Assembly (NCBI GenBank): GCA_964487045.1
Contig: CAZAOT010000003.1
Location: 72,983-136,982 of the forward strand
Length of the DNA: 64,000 nucleotides
Source of the DNA: an uncultured Candidatus Saccharibacteria bacterium
GTDB lineage: Bacteria; Patescibacteriota; UBA1384; DTJR01
Direction of reading: 5' to 3'
Positions within the stretch are counted from its first letter, which is position 1. Every line of letters begins with the position of its first letter. This document shows positions 25,614 through 35,730 of this stretch, one piece after another. Position numbers and translations under genes: made by a program. The notes beneath the pieces are model-generated. The model was not told the DNA's origin. It saw nothing but the letters and a program-made list of their open reading frames with translations, and searched no databases.

Positions 25614-27512
25614 TTACTTTTCTTCTTTGGTTTCCTCAGTCTTTTCTTCTGCTTTGTCAGATTTTTCCTCTGACTCTTCAGCCTTCTCCTCTGCTTTTTC
25701 TTCAGGAGCAGCGGCTGAGTAAAGCTCTTGCCCAACCTTCTGGATAGTTTCAGAAAGTGCATCTGTTGCCGACTTGATCTTGTCGGACTCTTCGCCCTTC
25801 AAAGCTTCTTTAACTGCTTCAACTTTCTCTTCAACTTCCTTCTTGGTTTCGGCTTTGACTTTATCGCCAGCGTCTTTTAGGGCTTTTTCACTAGAATAGA
25901 CAAGTGTCTCGGCAGTATTTCTAGTTTCTATCTCTTCCCTTTTCTTTTTATCTTCCTCGGCGTGGGTTTCAGCATCTTTGCGCATTTTTTCTACTTCTTC
26001 TTCTGAGAGACCACTTGAAGCGGTAATGGTAATTTTTTGTTCTTTTCCGGTTGCCTTATCCTTGGCCTTAACGTTTAGGATTCCATTTGCGTCTATATCG
26101 AAGCTGACCTCAATTTGTGGTACACCACGAGGTGCTGGGGGAATGCCATCGAGAGTGAATCTTCCTAGAGTCCTATTGTCAGCAGCCATCTCTCTTTCAC
26201 CTTGAAGGACATGGATTTCTACTTGTGGTTGATTGTCAGCTGCAGTAGAAAAGACCTGGCTTTTCGATGTTGGGATGGTTGTATTTCTCTCAATAAGCTT
26301 AGTCATAACTGATCCTAGAGTCTCAATTCCAAGCGATAGAGGAGTGACATCTAGTAGGAGGATATCTTTAACTTCTCCTGCTAAGACTCCACCCTGAATG
26401 GCAGCACCGAGGGCAACTGCTTCGTCTGGGTCAACGCCCTTAGATGGTTCTTTGCCGAATATTTCCTTAACCTTGTCTTGAACTGCTGGCATTCTAGTCA
26501 TACCTCCGACCAAGATTACCTCATCGATATCCTTGGCTTCGACACCGGCATCTTTCATTGCTTTCTGGCAAGGTTTGGTGGTTTTTTCAATGAGGTCGCC
26601 AACTAGAGAAAGAAGCTTGGCTCTATTGATAGTCATGACCAAATGTTTTGGTCCAGAAGCGTCAGCGGTGATAAATGGAAGGTTTATTTCGGCTTCTTGC
26701 TTGCTTGAAAGCTCAATCTTGGCTTTTTCGGCTGCTTCTCTGATTCTTTGAAGTGATGCGGCATCAGCTGTTAGGTCGACACCTTGATCTTTTTTGAACT
26801 CATCAACAATGAAGTCCATAATCTTTTGGTCAAAGTCATCTCCTCCTAAGTGAGTGTCTCCGTTAGTTGCTTTGACTTCTAGGACATCGCCGCCAACTTC
26901 TAGAATAGTGATATCGAAAGTTCCGCCTCCAAGGTCGAAGACAGCTACTTTACCTTCTTGTTTCTTATCAAGTCCATATGCAAGAGCTGCAGCAGTTGGT
27001 TCGTTTATAATTCTCTTTACATCAAAACCAGCAATTTTACCTGCATCTTTGGTAGCTTGACGCTGAGAGTCATTGAAATAGGCCGGTACGGTGATAACTG
27101 CTTCTGTTACCGCCTCACCCAAGTAGTCCTCTGCGTCCTTTTTAATTTTTTGCAAAATAAAGGCTGAGACCTCCTGAGGTGAATAGTCCTTACCAGCAAT
27201 TTTTACTTCAACCGAATTGTTCTTGCCTTCTACGATTTCATAAGGCATTAATTTTTTGTCTCTTGTCACCTCTTCGTCGTCAAAACGTCGTCCGATCAAA
27301 CGCTTGACCGAAGACACGGTGTTTTTTGGGTTGGTAACTGCTTGGCGCTTAGCTAGTTGGCCAACCAGTCTTTCTCCCGACTTAGTTTCCGCGACCATAG
27401 AAGGAACCAGCTTCCCGCCTTCTGCTGATGGCATGAGCTTGGGCTTTCCGCCTTCGATAACAGCGGCAGCCGAGTTGGTCGTTCCGAGGTCGATTCCGAT
27501 TATTTTACCCAT
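25614..27512 (-). CDS. dnaK: molecular chaperone DnaK (Hsp70)
   Basis: [10 protein letters not shown] and DLGGGTFD signatures; start set at [10 protein letters not shown] with AAAGGAAG RBS; promoter TTGACA-18-TACAAT at 27620..27591; EEK-rich C-tail. Confidence 0.95.
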   Translation of the reverse strand: MGKIIGIDLGTTNSAAAVIEGGKPKLMPSAEGGKLVPSMVAETKSGERLVGQLAKRQAVTNPKNTVSSVKRLIGRRFDDEEVTRDKKLMPYEIVEGKNNSVEVKIAGKDYSPQEVSAFILQKIKKDAEDYLGEAVTEAVITVPAYFNDSQRQATKDAGKIAGFDVKRIINEPTAAALAYGLDKKQEGKVAVFDLGGGTFDITILEVGGDVLEVKATNGDTHLGGDDFDQKIMDFIVDEFKKDQGVDLTADAASLQRIREAAEKAKIELSSKQEAEINLPFITADASGPKHLVMTINRAKLLSLVGDLIEKTTKPCQKAMKDAGVEAKDIDEVILVGGMTRMPAVQDKVKEIFGKEPSKGVDPDEAVALGAAIQGGVLAGEVKDILLLDVTPLSLGIETLGSVMTKLIERNTTIPTSKSQVFSTAADNQPQVEIHVLQGEREMAADNRTLGRFTLDGIPPAPRGVPQIEVSFDIDANGILNVKAKDKATGKEQKITITASSGLSEEEVEKMRKDAETHAEEDKKKREEIETRNTAETLVYSSEKALKDAGDKVKAETKKEVEEKVEAVKEALKGEESDKIKSATDALSETIQKVGQELYSAAAPEEKAEEKAEESEEKSDKAEEKTEETKEEK

Positions 27513-27639
27513 ATTGCTTCCTTTCTTCGCTTTAGGATTAGGTTTGCGCTGCTTATGCAACCCACCTATAAATTTTTATTAACTAAAATAATTGTAAAGT
27601 AGACTTTACATTTTGTCAAGAGTCAGTTACTTAATAGGT

Positions 27640-28551
27640 TTAAATTCTTTCGAGTTCAATTGAACTAGCACCAGCTTTGATGGTAAGTTCAATTTTTTTA
27701 CTAGATGAGTCAAAATTGTCAGAAGTATAATCGTCACCCGACTTCTTTAGTCCAACTTCAGTGAAATTATTAGAGCTGGCACCAGATTTTGAGTTTACTT
27801 TAAGCCCAGAGGACTTTGGCACTTTGATTTTAAGAGAGCTTGCTCCAATATCAAACTGACCAGAAAGCTTATCTAGCTTATCGCCAAGCCTAATATTGTA
27901 TGAAGATACTCCGCTTTTTACGATCAGATTTTCCAGATTTACTTCTTGAAGTTCAAGATTTCCGTCGACCGCTCCAGTGTTTAGCTCGAGGGAGGTTCGC
28001 AATGACTTATTAAGGCTTAGTTGCCAATCATTTTTAATTCGATTAAAGAAGCTAATTCTATTTGATGAAGTGCTAAGCTCAATATTTTCTTCGCCATCAC
28101 TAATACTTCGATTAACGTCAACAGGAAAATTTCCATCGATAGTTCCACTGATCAGTTGATCGGAATCTCCATCAATGTTTAATTTTGCCGCTCCTGTTTT
28201 GATGGTTACCTTGGCGCTTTTGGACTGATCGGAGGCACTTTCATCAATATATTGGGTAGCTGAAGCTTGGTTGTAAGTAGATGAATTCTTATCAAAGGAG
28301 TAATTGCCGGAAGTAATGACCCAAGCAAGTCCAGCGATAATCATAATTACTACAACAATATTTAAGATGATTTGACCAATAGTTGAGAGGGATTTAGAGA
28401 TTATTGAGAGTCCGGCAACAATTAAGATAAGTGGCCAAAGCTTCCAGATACTAGCCCAAATTGTTGGACTCAAAACGCCATAATTTATAAGCAGGAAGAT
28501 CAGTCCTATGAAGATGACTATTAGGCCCCAAATTAATTTGCCTATGTTCAT
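27640..28551 (-). CDS. LiaF-like / DUF4097-type membrane protein (cell-envelope stress module)
   Basis: N-terminal TM helices and a C-terminal beta-rich repeat domain; overlaps the PspC gene (ATGA). Confidence 0.55.
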   Translation of the reverse strand: MNIGKLIWGLIVIFIGLIFLLINYGVLSPTIWASIWKLWPLILIVAGLSIISKSLSTIGQIILNIVVVIMIIAGLAWVITSGNYSFDKNSSTYNQASATQYIDESASDQSKSAKVTIKTGAAKLNIDGDSDQLISGTIDGNFPVDVNRSISDGEENIELSTSSNRISFFNRIKNDWQLSLNKSLRTSLELNTGAVDGNLELQEVNLENLIVKSGVSSYNIRLGDKLDKLSGQFDIGASSLKIKVPKSSGLKVNSKSGASSNNFTEVGLKKSGDDYTSDNFDSSSKKIELTIKAGASSIELERI

Positions 28552-29015
28552 TTCTTCTCCTTTTTTGATTTTTCTTCTATTTTTTTATTAGGTGACTTTG
28601 ACAAGATTGCGATTCCTACGGCGATGATAATTAGAGGCCAGAGTTTATCAAACCCCACGTGCCAGAAAGGAAAGAATTCTTGAAGAAGAAACGAAACACC
28701 AAGCAAGATGATAATTAATCCGCCCACTAGCCTAAAATTGTTTGTTCCCGAAGCTTCTTTGAGCTCGGAAGCCATTTTGTCGGCACCTGATTTAATATTT
28801 TCACCGACTTCTTTGGATCTTTTTTCTCCTTTTTCAGGAATTAGGATCCACATAACTAGGTAGACGACGACTCCGCTAGCACCAAATACGGCAAGCAAAA
28901 TAAAAATTAATCTAAATACTATCGGGTCGATCTCAAAATATTCACCAAGTCCGCCACAAACACCTCCAATTACTCGGTCAGTGCTTGATCGATAAAGTTT
29001 TTTATCTTCCTGCAT
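28548..29015 (-). CDS. PspC-domain protein (phage-shock protein C family)
   Basis: LYRSSTDRVIGGVCGGLGEYFEIDPIVFRLIFILL matches the PspC domain signature. Confidence 0.8.
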   Translation of the reverse strand: MQEDKKLYRSSTDRVIGGVCGGLGEYFEIDPIVFRLIFILLAVFGASGVVVYLVMWILIPEKGEKRSKEVGENIKSGADKMASELKEASGTNNFRLVGGLIIILLGVSFLLQEFFPFWHVGFDKLWPLIIIAVGIAILSKSPNKKIEEKSKKEKK

Positions 29016-29023
29016 ATTGTTCC

Positions 29024-29485
29024 TTATTTTTTGCCCGAGGATGTTATCACCTGGGCTGCTCTTATAATTTTATCGCCAATTTTATAGCCTGGCTTTTGAA
29101 TTCTTACAATTGATTCTTCTGGTAAATCAGATGGTTCGACAGCAATTGCCTCGTGGTTATTTGGGTCAAAGGCAGAGCCAATCTCGGGTGCTATCTTTAC
29201 AATATTCTGGTCCGATAGAGTCGTTTCAATTTGACCCACTATGATATCGACACCTTTAACCCACCCGTTTTCTTTGAGCTCTTCAGGGGTATGGTGGGTC
29301 ATCAAGGTCAGATTGTCGAGAAGTGGAATAATCTGCGAAAGCAAATCGATCTTGGCTTGGTCGGTCCAGTTTTTTTTATCAGACTCGGTTCTTTTTTTGT
29401 AATTTTCAAAATCAGCAGAGACTCTTAAGTAAAGCTTCTGAAAATCATCTTGTTTAATATCTTGAGATTTTTTTGTTTTTTCCAT
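29024..29485 (-). CDS. grpE: nucleotide exchange factor GrpE
   Basis: RVSADFENYKKR coiled-coil signature and C-terminal beta domain. Confidence 0.9.
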   Translation of the reverse strand: MEKTKKSQDIKQDDFQKLYLRVSADFENYKKRTESDKKNWTDQAKIDLLSQIIPLLDNLTLMTHHTPEELKENGWVKGVDIIVGQIETTLSDQNIVKIAPEIGSAFDPNNHEAIAVEPSDLPEESIVRIQKPGYKIGDKIIRAAQVITSSGKK

Positions 29486-29540
29486 GCTTATTACCTCGAC
29501 AGAAATACTAGCATATTAACAAAAAAAAGAAAGTTTCGAA

Positions 29541-30113
29541 CTAGAGAATTTGAAGATCGCCAGGAGTTACAATTGTGCCAGTTTGAGTAGTATCAGCCGC
29601 AGGTGTTTGTGTGGTAGTAGGCGATTCATATACAATAGATTCTTCTGCAACAGGTGTAGTGTAGCTGTCAGCACTGTTACCTGGTTCTGTAGAAGGTTCG
29701 CCCAAGTTGAGTTCGAATTCGGCGGTTTCATTTACTTGATCGTTTATAAAATTAACTTCGACAGGAGAGCCAGAAAGTTCATTGTTGGCCGAATAAAGAG
29801 TTACCCTATACTGCCCTTGAGGAATTTTTCTGATATACCACTCTACTGTGTTTAGTCCAGCTGTTTCGAAGGTAAAACTACGATTTTTAAAATAATAATT
29901 AGCTCCTCCATTTACAGGAGTAAATCTAATCGCGAAGGGGATGCTTCTGGCGTCTGGAACGGTGACGTTTAGTCCGACATGAGCGGTAGCGTAGCCGGGT
30001 AAGATAGTATCTGCTTGAATTTTTGACTGATAGGCAAAATAGCCCAAGGCTAGCACTCCGATCGCAAGTAAGCCGGCAATTGAAAGATTAGATATTTTCT
30101 TAATATTTTTCAT
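29541..30113 (-). CDS. secreted or membrane-anchored protein with Thr/Pro-rich C-tail, function unknown
   Basis: Signal anchor, then a beta-rich domain. Confidence 0.5.
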   Translation of the reverse strand: MKNIKKISNLSIAGLLAIGVLALGYFAYQSKIQADTILPGYATAHVGLNVTVPDARSIPFAIRFTPVNGGANYYFKNRSFTFETAGLNTVEWYIRKIPQGQYRVTLYSANNELSGSPVEVNFINDQVNETAEFELNLGEPSTEPGNSADSYTTPVAEESIVYESPTTTQTPAADTTQTGTIVTPGDLQIL

Positions 30114-30137
30114 AAATACTGCTTATAATTATAGTAA

Positions 30138-31556
30138 ATGAAAAAAGGTTTAGCGTCAAAGCTTAATCTATTGGCGCACCCTACTTATTTGTTGATCTTT
30201 TTGACTCTAGGGTTGATTGTCAGTGTAAATTTACCCTTATGGCTAATTTATTTATCTTTTTACCTCACTTTTATTGGCATTTTGTTGGTTCTATTTAAAA
30301 TTAAAAGTGGTGCTTGTTTAGTTTTTCTTGGTTTTGGAATTTTGATCGGAAGCTATCATTTATATAGTGTCGATCATCCCCTTCCAAGCGGTTGTGATGA
30401 TGCGAAAGTTCTTTCAAGGGCAAAGAAATTTAAGACAGGGTTTGTATATAAAATCAAGGGTTCTAAAGAAGTTCTTCTCTACAGCCAAAGCGATGATTTC
30501 AAGATCGCTGATAAAGTGCGAGTATGTTTTGGTAAGCCACTTTTACTCGAGGCAAGGGATCGCAGATATCTTCTATCTCAACTACATAGCCAAAACCTGA
30601 TGGATGCAAGTGAAATAAAGTTACTTGAGCCGGGCAAGGGGGTGAAGAATTATTTAGAACTTCTTAGCGATAAATTTGCAGGCGATGCTGCAAAACTTTT
30701 CTCGGGAGATCAGGGCACTTTAGCTTATGGTGTGATTTTTGGCGGCGGTGATTTTTCAAAAGAGCTCAAGAATGACTTTAAGCGAAGTGGCACAACTCAC
30801 ATCGTTGCAGTCTCGGGTTACAACGTATCGATTATCACTGCTTGGATGTTTGATTTTCTGCGCCAAATAAGTAAGAATTTTTCGGGAATATTTTCTGTCT
30901 TGGCGCTAGTGGGGTTTTATTTTATTACTGGCGGATCGGCTTCGGTTCTTCGCGCTTCGGTCATGGGAGTGATTATTCTTCTTACTAAATTTATAGGTCG
31001 CAAGGTTTCGCCTCTTCATTTATTAATGCTAGCGGCGAGTTTGATTTTAGCTTTTAATCCTTTTGCTCTTTATGATTGGGGATTTCAACTTTCCTTCTTG
31101 GCAACAGCCGGATTATTTTTTCTTGCACCTGCGATTGAAAGCTTGCTCTCTAGAGTAAAATTCAATAAAAGTTTAATTAAGACTTTTAGCGAAACGATCG
31201 GTGCACAAATTTTTGTCCTGCCGATACTTGTGGCAAATTTTGGTTCATTTTCTATCATCTCGCCACTTACTAATCTTTTGATCCTGCCCCTTATTCCCCT
31301 TTTAATGAGCTTAGTCTTTATTTCACTTATAGGTTTTACCCTCTATCATCCGCTGGGAATATTTTTATCTGGAATAACAAAAATATTATTAGCTTATGTA
31401 ATTTGGATCGTAAAATTAAGTTCACTGCTGCCGTTTGCGAGTCTTAATTATAAACTTGATCCCTTGATCGCTATTCCTTTTGGATATGGCATAATCATAC
31501 TATTAACTTATTACTTAAGAAGAAGATATCTTGTTAAATCAAAACAAAATATTTGA
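30138..31556 (+). CDS. comEC: ComEC/Rec2 competence channel (membrane part)
   Basis: GTTHIVAVSGYNVSII competence-domain signature; many TM helices. Confidence 0.85.
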   Translation: MKKGLASKLNLLAHPTYLLIFLTLGLIVSVNLPLWLIYLSFYLTFIGILLVLFKIKSGACLVFLGFGILIGSYHLYSVDHPLPSGCDDAKVLSRAKKFKTGFVYKIKGSKEVLLYSQSDDFKIADKVRVCFGKPLLLEARDRRYLLSQLHSQNLMDASEIKLLEPGKGVKNYLELLSDKFAGDAAKLFSGDQGTLAYGVIFGGGDFSKELKNDFKRSGTTHIVAVSGYNVSIITAWMFDFLRQISKNFSGIFSVLALVGFYFITGGSASVLRASVMGVIILLTKFIGRKVSPLHLLMLAASLILAFNPFALYDWGFQLSFLATAGLFFLAPAIESLLSRVKFNKSLIKTFSETIGAQIFVLPILVANFGSFSIISPLTNLLILPLIPLLMSLVFISLIGFTLYHPLGIFLSGITKILLAYVIWIVKLSSLLPFASLNYKLDPLIAIPFGYGIIILLTYYLRRRYLVKSKQNI

Positions 31557-32394
31557 CTACCTGCTGCTAGCAGTTGTTTTAGTTGGTCTTTTTCTGTATT
31601 CGACAATATATCAAAATGCTCAAGCCAACATTGACCCTGCCTCAGCCAAAATTAGTTTTTTGGATGTCGGCCAAGCGGATTGCGCATTAGTTAATTTGCC
31701 AAATAATAAGCAAATTCTGATCGATGCAGGCAAATCGTCAGACGTTGTCTCGAAAATAAGATCGAGGATGCCGGCCTTTGATTCGGAGATAGAAGCGGTT
31801 TTCTTGAGTCATCCAGATAGTGACCATGTTGGAGGGTTTGTCTCGGTTCTTAATTCTTACAAAGTCGACAAAGTTTATCTGAACACCGATCAATCTGACT
31901 CTAAGACTTTTGACGCGATTTTAGCTGAAATGGATAAGCAAAAAATTTCTCACGAAGTGATCGGCTCTGGACGAGACGTGTATATAGAAGATCTGCGAAT
32001 CAAAACGCTTTGGCCTTCGGAAAATAGTGGTTCCTTAAGTGAAAATAATCGCTCCTTGGTGCTAAAGCTAATGATCAAATCGGGAGTCGCTCTTTTTACG
32101 GGAGATCTCGAGATAGAAGGGCAGAATAAATTAATGAGTGAATATAAGGAAGAAGATCTTTTGGCAGATTTGTATAAAGTTCCACATCACGGAGCCTCTG
32201 GAGCGTGGAATGAAAGCTTTGCCCAGAAGGTTAAACCCAAAAATGCTGTGATTTCGGTAGGTAATAATTCATATGGTCATCCTGGGCAAAGTACAATTAC
32301 GGGACTTGAGAAGATAGGAAGTAAGGTTTATCGCACAGATCAGCTAGGTACGATTGATTTTGTCCTAAGTGAAGCGGGATTTGTGTCAAAATAA
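31531..32394 (+). CDS. MBL-fold metallo-hydrolase corresponding to the ComEC C-terminal domain (split gene)
   Basis: FLDVGQADC...HPDSDHVGG...HHGAS motifs; overlaps the comEC end by 26 nt in another frame. Confidence 0.8.
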   Translation: MLNQNKIFDYLLLAVVLVGLFLYSTIYQNAQANIDPASAKISFLDVGQADCALVNLPNNKQILIDAGKSSDVVSKIRSRMPAFDSEIEAVFLSHPDSDHVGGFVSVLNSYKVDKVYLNTDQSDSKTFDAILAEMDKQKISHEVIGSGRDVYIEDLRIKTLWPSENSGSLSENNRSLVLKLMIKSGVALFTGDLEIEGQNKLMSEYKEEDLLADLYKVPHHGASGAWNESFAQKVKPKNAVISVGNNSYGHPGQSTITGLEKIGSKVYRTDQLGTIDFVLSEAGFVSK

Positions 32395-32404
32395 TACTTA
32401 AAAA

Positions 32405-32440
32405 AGAGGAAAGCCCCCCGCCATGCGGCAGGGGGCCTTG
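32405..32440 (-). terminator. Rho-independent terminator
   Basis: Minus strand: GGCCCCCTGCCGC-ATG-GCGGGGGGC followed by TTTCCTCTTTTTT. Confidence 0.6.
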
Positions 32441-32461
32441 TTTCCCGGTGCGATGAAAGTC

Positions 32462-32911
32462 TCACCAGCGTCCCCCCGGGTAGGGGTTGTTGGCGCGCTC
32501 GAAGTTCCGCTGAGCGCGCTCCAGGTCTCGGTAGCCGCTCGACAGGTAGCCGAGCCGCCGCCGCTCCGCTTCGATGGCGGAGATTTGGTTGTTGTACCCA
32601 CCCTGAGGCAGGTACCCGCCTTGGTAGCTGTAGCCACCCTGGGCGACGTAGCCGTTGCCGCAGCCATAGTTGCGCTGCTGGCAACCGCAGATAGTGCCGA
32701 TCGGCCTGATTTGGAAGCAGGCCGAACAGCGGACGAGCTGCGCCTGCGGGGCGAAGTAACCGCCACCGCAGGTGGGCATCGGCATCGGGCGATAGCCCGG
32801 GCCGCACCCACCACCGCTGCCACCGACCGAGAGGATCACGGTGATCCTGGGGCCGGCGCTCGCCGTCGAAACGGCGGCGATTACGACGAGAACGATTGGC
32901 ATCGTCCTCAT
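32462..32911 (-). CDS. small secreted Gly/Cys/Tyr-rich protein (G+C-rich)
   Basis: GAAAGAGGTG RBS; signal peptide MRTMPIVLVVIAAVSTASA; GGY/GGC repeats with about 12 Cys; promoter TTGACT-17-TATAGT. Three other overlapping ORFs here are shadows. Confidence 0.5.
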   Translation of the reverse strand: MRTMPIVLVVIAAVSTASAGPRITVILSVGGSGGGCGPGYRPMPMPTCGGGYFAPQAQLVRCSACFQIRPIGTICGCQQRNYGCGNGYVAQGGYSYQGGYLPQGGYNNQISAIEAERRRLGYLSSGYRDLERAQRNFERANNPYPGGRW

Positions 32912-32988
32912 TTTGGACACCTCTTTCAAAGGTGCTGGAATTGACTGATTCGGGTAACTATACCACAATTACCCGAGAAAGTCAAGGT

Positions 32989-33348
32989 TCAGACCCTCAG
33001 CATCGCTCCCACGCTCAGCTCCATCTGAGTCTCGAGCCTATCAAGTGAGCAATATGCCCTCTGGATCGAAACCTCCCGAAGATCTCTCGGCTTTGCCAGG
33101 GAGATGACGTGTATCTCGCCGAGTTCATGCTCCTCAAGTGTATCAACAGCAGTTGTGTGACCTTCATTGCAGATAATCAGGTAAGGTCCTTCGCACTTGA
33201 GAGCGAAGATCTCCCGAATATCTCTTCCGTGGAATTCGTGAAGCAGGTATGTCAGCTCGAGGCGTTCAAGTACCGCCTTTACTTTTGAGCCGATCATCCG
33301 CTGATCCTCGACTGCCACGGCCGATACAACACAGATTTGCCTTTTCAA
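32989..33348 (-). CDS. hypothetical protein (TTG start, G+C-rich)
   Basis: AGGAGG sits 8 nt before the TTG at 33348. Confidence 0.4.
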   Translation of the reverse strand: MKRQICVVSAVAVEDQRMIGSKVKAVLERLELTYLLHEFHGRDIREIFALKCEGPYLIICNEGHTTAVDTLEEHELGEIHVISLAKPRDLREVSIQRAYCSLDRLETQMELSVGAMLRV

Positions 33349-33362
33349 ACCCTTCGCCTCCT

Positions 33363-33391
33363 TTGCGAAAGATGTGGTTCTAAGATATAAT
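33363..33391 (+). promoter_or_regulatory. sigma70-type promoter for yebC-ruvC
   Basis: TTGCGA - 17 nt - TATAAT. Confidence 0.55.
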
Positions 33392-33425
33392 CTAGTCCGA
33401 AATTAAGGAAAAGCAAGAGGTTTAT

Positions 33426-34139
33426 ATGTCGGGACATTCTAAATGGGCTTCAATCAAACACCAAAAGGCAGCCACTGATAAAAAACGAAGCAATGTTTTT
33501 ACAAAACTTGCCAATAACATTTCGGTTGCCGCCAGGGGTGGTGGCGATCCAGCAATGAACTATTCATTAAGGTTAGCTATCGAGAAGGCCAAAGGGGCTA
33601 ATATGCCCAAGGACAATATCGAGAGGGCAATCAAGAGAGGTACCGGTGAACTCGGTGGGGCTTCTATCAGTGAAGACTTATTTGAAATTTATGGCCCAGC
33701 GCAAACAGCAATCTTGGTTGAAACAATTACTGATAATAAAAATAGAACTTCGGCCGAAATAAAAGCAGTCATCAATAAAATGGGTGGTAAGCTAGCTAGT
33801 GCAAATGCAGTCTCATATATGTTTGATCGAAAGGGTGAAATAAAAGTAAGCATTGATGGTCAAGGTGAGGAAGATTTAGAGCTAAAAATTATTGAATCAG
33901 GCGCTGAAGATTATCAGCTCATCGATGACGGGTATTTGATCTATTGCAAACCAAACGAACTCAAGCAGGTTGCGGATATTCTGCTTGATCAAGGACTAAA
34001 AGTTGAATCATCAGAGTTGGTTTGGTTACCCAAAGAAACTATTTCTGTTCCAGAAGAAGATTCGGCTAAAGTAATTAGGTTGCTTGAGGCACTGGATGAT
34101 CTCGACGATGTTGCAAATGTAAGCTCGAATTTAGGTTAA
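33426..34139 (+). CDS. yebC: YebC/PmpR-family transcriptional regulator
   Basis: MSGHSKWASIKHQKAATDKKR N-terminus diagnostic of the family. Confidence 0.9.
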   Translation: MSGHSKWASIKHQKAATDKKRSNVFTKLANNISVAARGGGDPAMNYSLRLAIEKAKGANMPKDNIERAIKRGTGELGGASISEDLFEIYGPAQTAILVETITDNKNRTSAEIKAVINKMGGKLASANAVSYMFDRKGEIKVSIDGQGEEDLELKIIESGAEDYQLIDDGYLIYCKPNELKQVADILLDQGLKVESSELVWLPKETISVPEEDSAKVIRLLEALDDLDDVANVSSNLG

Positions 34140-34141
34140 TA

Positions 34142-34618
34142 ATGAAAATTATTGGTATTGATCCGGGTACGGGTCGGCTTGGCTGGGCGGTTGTAGAAAA
34201 AAATAATTCTAAAATTGAACTTTTAGATTGCAGTCTTGTCGAAACTAAAGCAAACACTCCGCTTGCAGATCGGCTGGAAAAAATTTATTTAGTTTTAAAC
34301 GAAGTTATCAAGAAATTCAAACCAGAAGAAATGGCTATCGAAGAACTATTCTTTGTTAAAAATGTAAAAACCGGTATATCTGTGGCACATGCCCGAGGGG
34401 TGGCGATGCTTGTGGCGCGTCTAGCCAAGATGGAAATTTTTGAATACAAACCAAATGAAATAAAACTCGGTATTTGTGGATACGGGCATGCCGACAAGAA
34501 ACAGATGTCAAAGATGGTTGAACTTCATATTAGAGGATGTAAGATAGAACAAGACGACACTGCCGATGCTGTTGCAATTGCTCTTTACCATTTGCAGTGC
34601 CAAAGATATAAAAAATAA
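34142..34618 (+). CDS. ruvC: crossover junction endodeoxyribonuclease RuvC
   Basis: IIGIDPGTGRLGWAV...EELF...DDTADAVAIAL catalytic residues. Confidence 0.9.
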   Translation: MKIIGIDPGTGRLGWAVVEKNNSKIELLDCSLVETKANTPLADRLEKIYLVLNEVIKKFKPEEMAIEELFFVKNVKTGISVAHARGVAMLVARLAKMEIFEYKPNEIKLGICGYGHADKKQMSKMVELHIRGCKIEQDDTADAVAIALYHLQCQRYKK

Positions 34619-34626
34619 GGAGGGGT

Positions 34627-35628
34627 ATGCCTCAGCTTAGACAAAATATCATTACTGGTGAATGGGTCGTTTTTGCTCCAGAGCGAGCTAAAAGACCGAC
34701 TGACTATGTTTCTATAAACAAGGAGAGGAAGCAGAAGAAAGAAGATTGCCCGTTTTGTATTGATTCAAAAAATAGTGAATACTCAAAGCAAAAAAAAGAG
34801 TTTGAGACAGATAATACCTATGTAATCACTAATAAATATCCTGTGTTTATTGAACAGCCTGAAGAGAAATCGGCTAAACTTTTCAGACTCGAGGATGAAT
34901 TCTACAAAATGAAAATTGCTCTTGGCGGTCATGATGTTGTGGTAGTTAAGAACCATGACGTTGATCTATGTGATTTTTCCAAGGATACTTTCGCCGATTT
35001 GCTTAGCACCTTTAAACACAGGGCTGAATATTTTAAGAAAAATGAGAACATTGAGTATGTAATGCCGATCTACAACCATGGCCCGGCTGCTGCTGCTTCA
35101 ATAGAGCATCCACACGCTCAAATTGTCGCTTCAGCAGTTGTACCGAACCAAGTTTTAAGGGAAATCCAGTATACTCAAAAGCATTTTGACGAACATAGCA
35201 AATGCGCATTTTGCGAGCTAGTCGCACACGAAATTGAGCAAAATACCCGGGTAGTGGTAGAAAATGAAGATTTCATCGCTTTTAACTTCTATGCTGCACG
35301 ATTCCCATTTGAGACTTGGATTTTACCGAAAAATCATCAGTGTAAATATGAAGACATAACTAAAGAGCAAATATCTTCTCTCGCCTCCTTATGCAAGGAT
35401 TTATTTGGCAAGATGGGTGTGGTACTAAATGATCCAGATCTTAACTTCTTTATTCACTCCGGTCCTCTTAAAGAAGAGAGTTTGAAATCATATCATTGGC
35501 ATATTGAGATTACTCCTCGACTTTCGACTTATGGTGGGTATGAGCTTGGCTCGGGAATGGTTATCGACATCATAACTCCAGAGCAATCAGCCGAGTTTTT
35601 ACGTCAGGGTAAGATAGAGAAAAACTGA
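34627..35628 (+). CDS. GalT-like HIT-family nucleotidyltransferase (galactose-1-phosphate uridylyltransferase family)
   Basis: CPFC zinc motif and HPHAQ (HxHxQ) active-site motif. Confidence 0.75.
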   Translation: MPQLRQNIITGEWVVFAPERAKRPTDYVSINKERKQKKEDCPFCIDSKNSEYSKQKKEFETDNTYVITNKYPVFIEQPEEKSAKLFRLEDEFYKMKIALGGHDVVVVKNHDVDLCDFSKDTFADLLSTFKHRAEYFKKNENIEYVMPIYNHGPAAAASIEHPHAQIVASAVVPNQVLREIQYTQKHFDEHSKCAFCELVAHEIEQNTRVVVENEDFIAFNFYAARFPFETWILPKNHQCKYEDITKEQISSLASLCKDLFGKMGVVLNDPDLNFFIHSGPLKEESLKSYHWHIEITPRLSTYGGYELGSGMVIDIITPEQSAEFLRQGKIEKN

Positions 35629-35730
35629 ACTATTAAAACCTTGAATTTTTATTCTAGTTAGGGTATATTAACAATCAATCAGGTTAAAGTATCAATTAAG
35701 AGACCTTCAGGTTGATTGTTGGGGTGTAAA

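Noticed and set aside
25523-25762. 79-aa Lys/Arg-rich minus ORF
   Set aside because: It is an alternative frame of the dnaK C-terminal EEK-repeat region (low-complexity artefact).
24636-29540. CIRCE (HrcA) or HAIR (HspR) operators upstream of grpE, dnaK or dnaJ
   Set aside because: No TTAGCACTC-N9-GAGTGCTAA or CTTGAGT-N7-ACTCAAG match was found; only an unrelated palindrome at 24636.
32340-32968. Four mutually overlapping ORFs on both strands in the very G+C-rich segment
   Set aside because: Only 32462..32911 (-) has an RBS, a signal peptide, an upstream promoter and a downstream terminator; the others are stop-codon-poor shadow frames typical of high-GC DNA.
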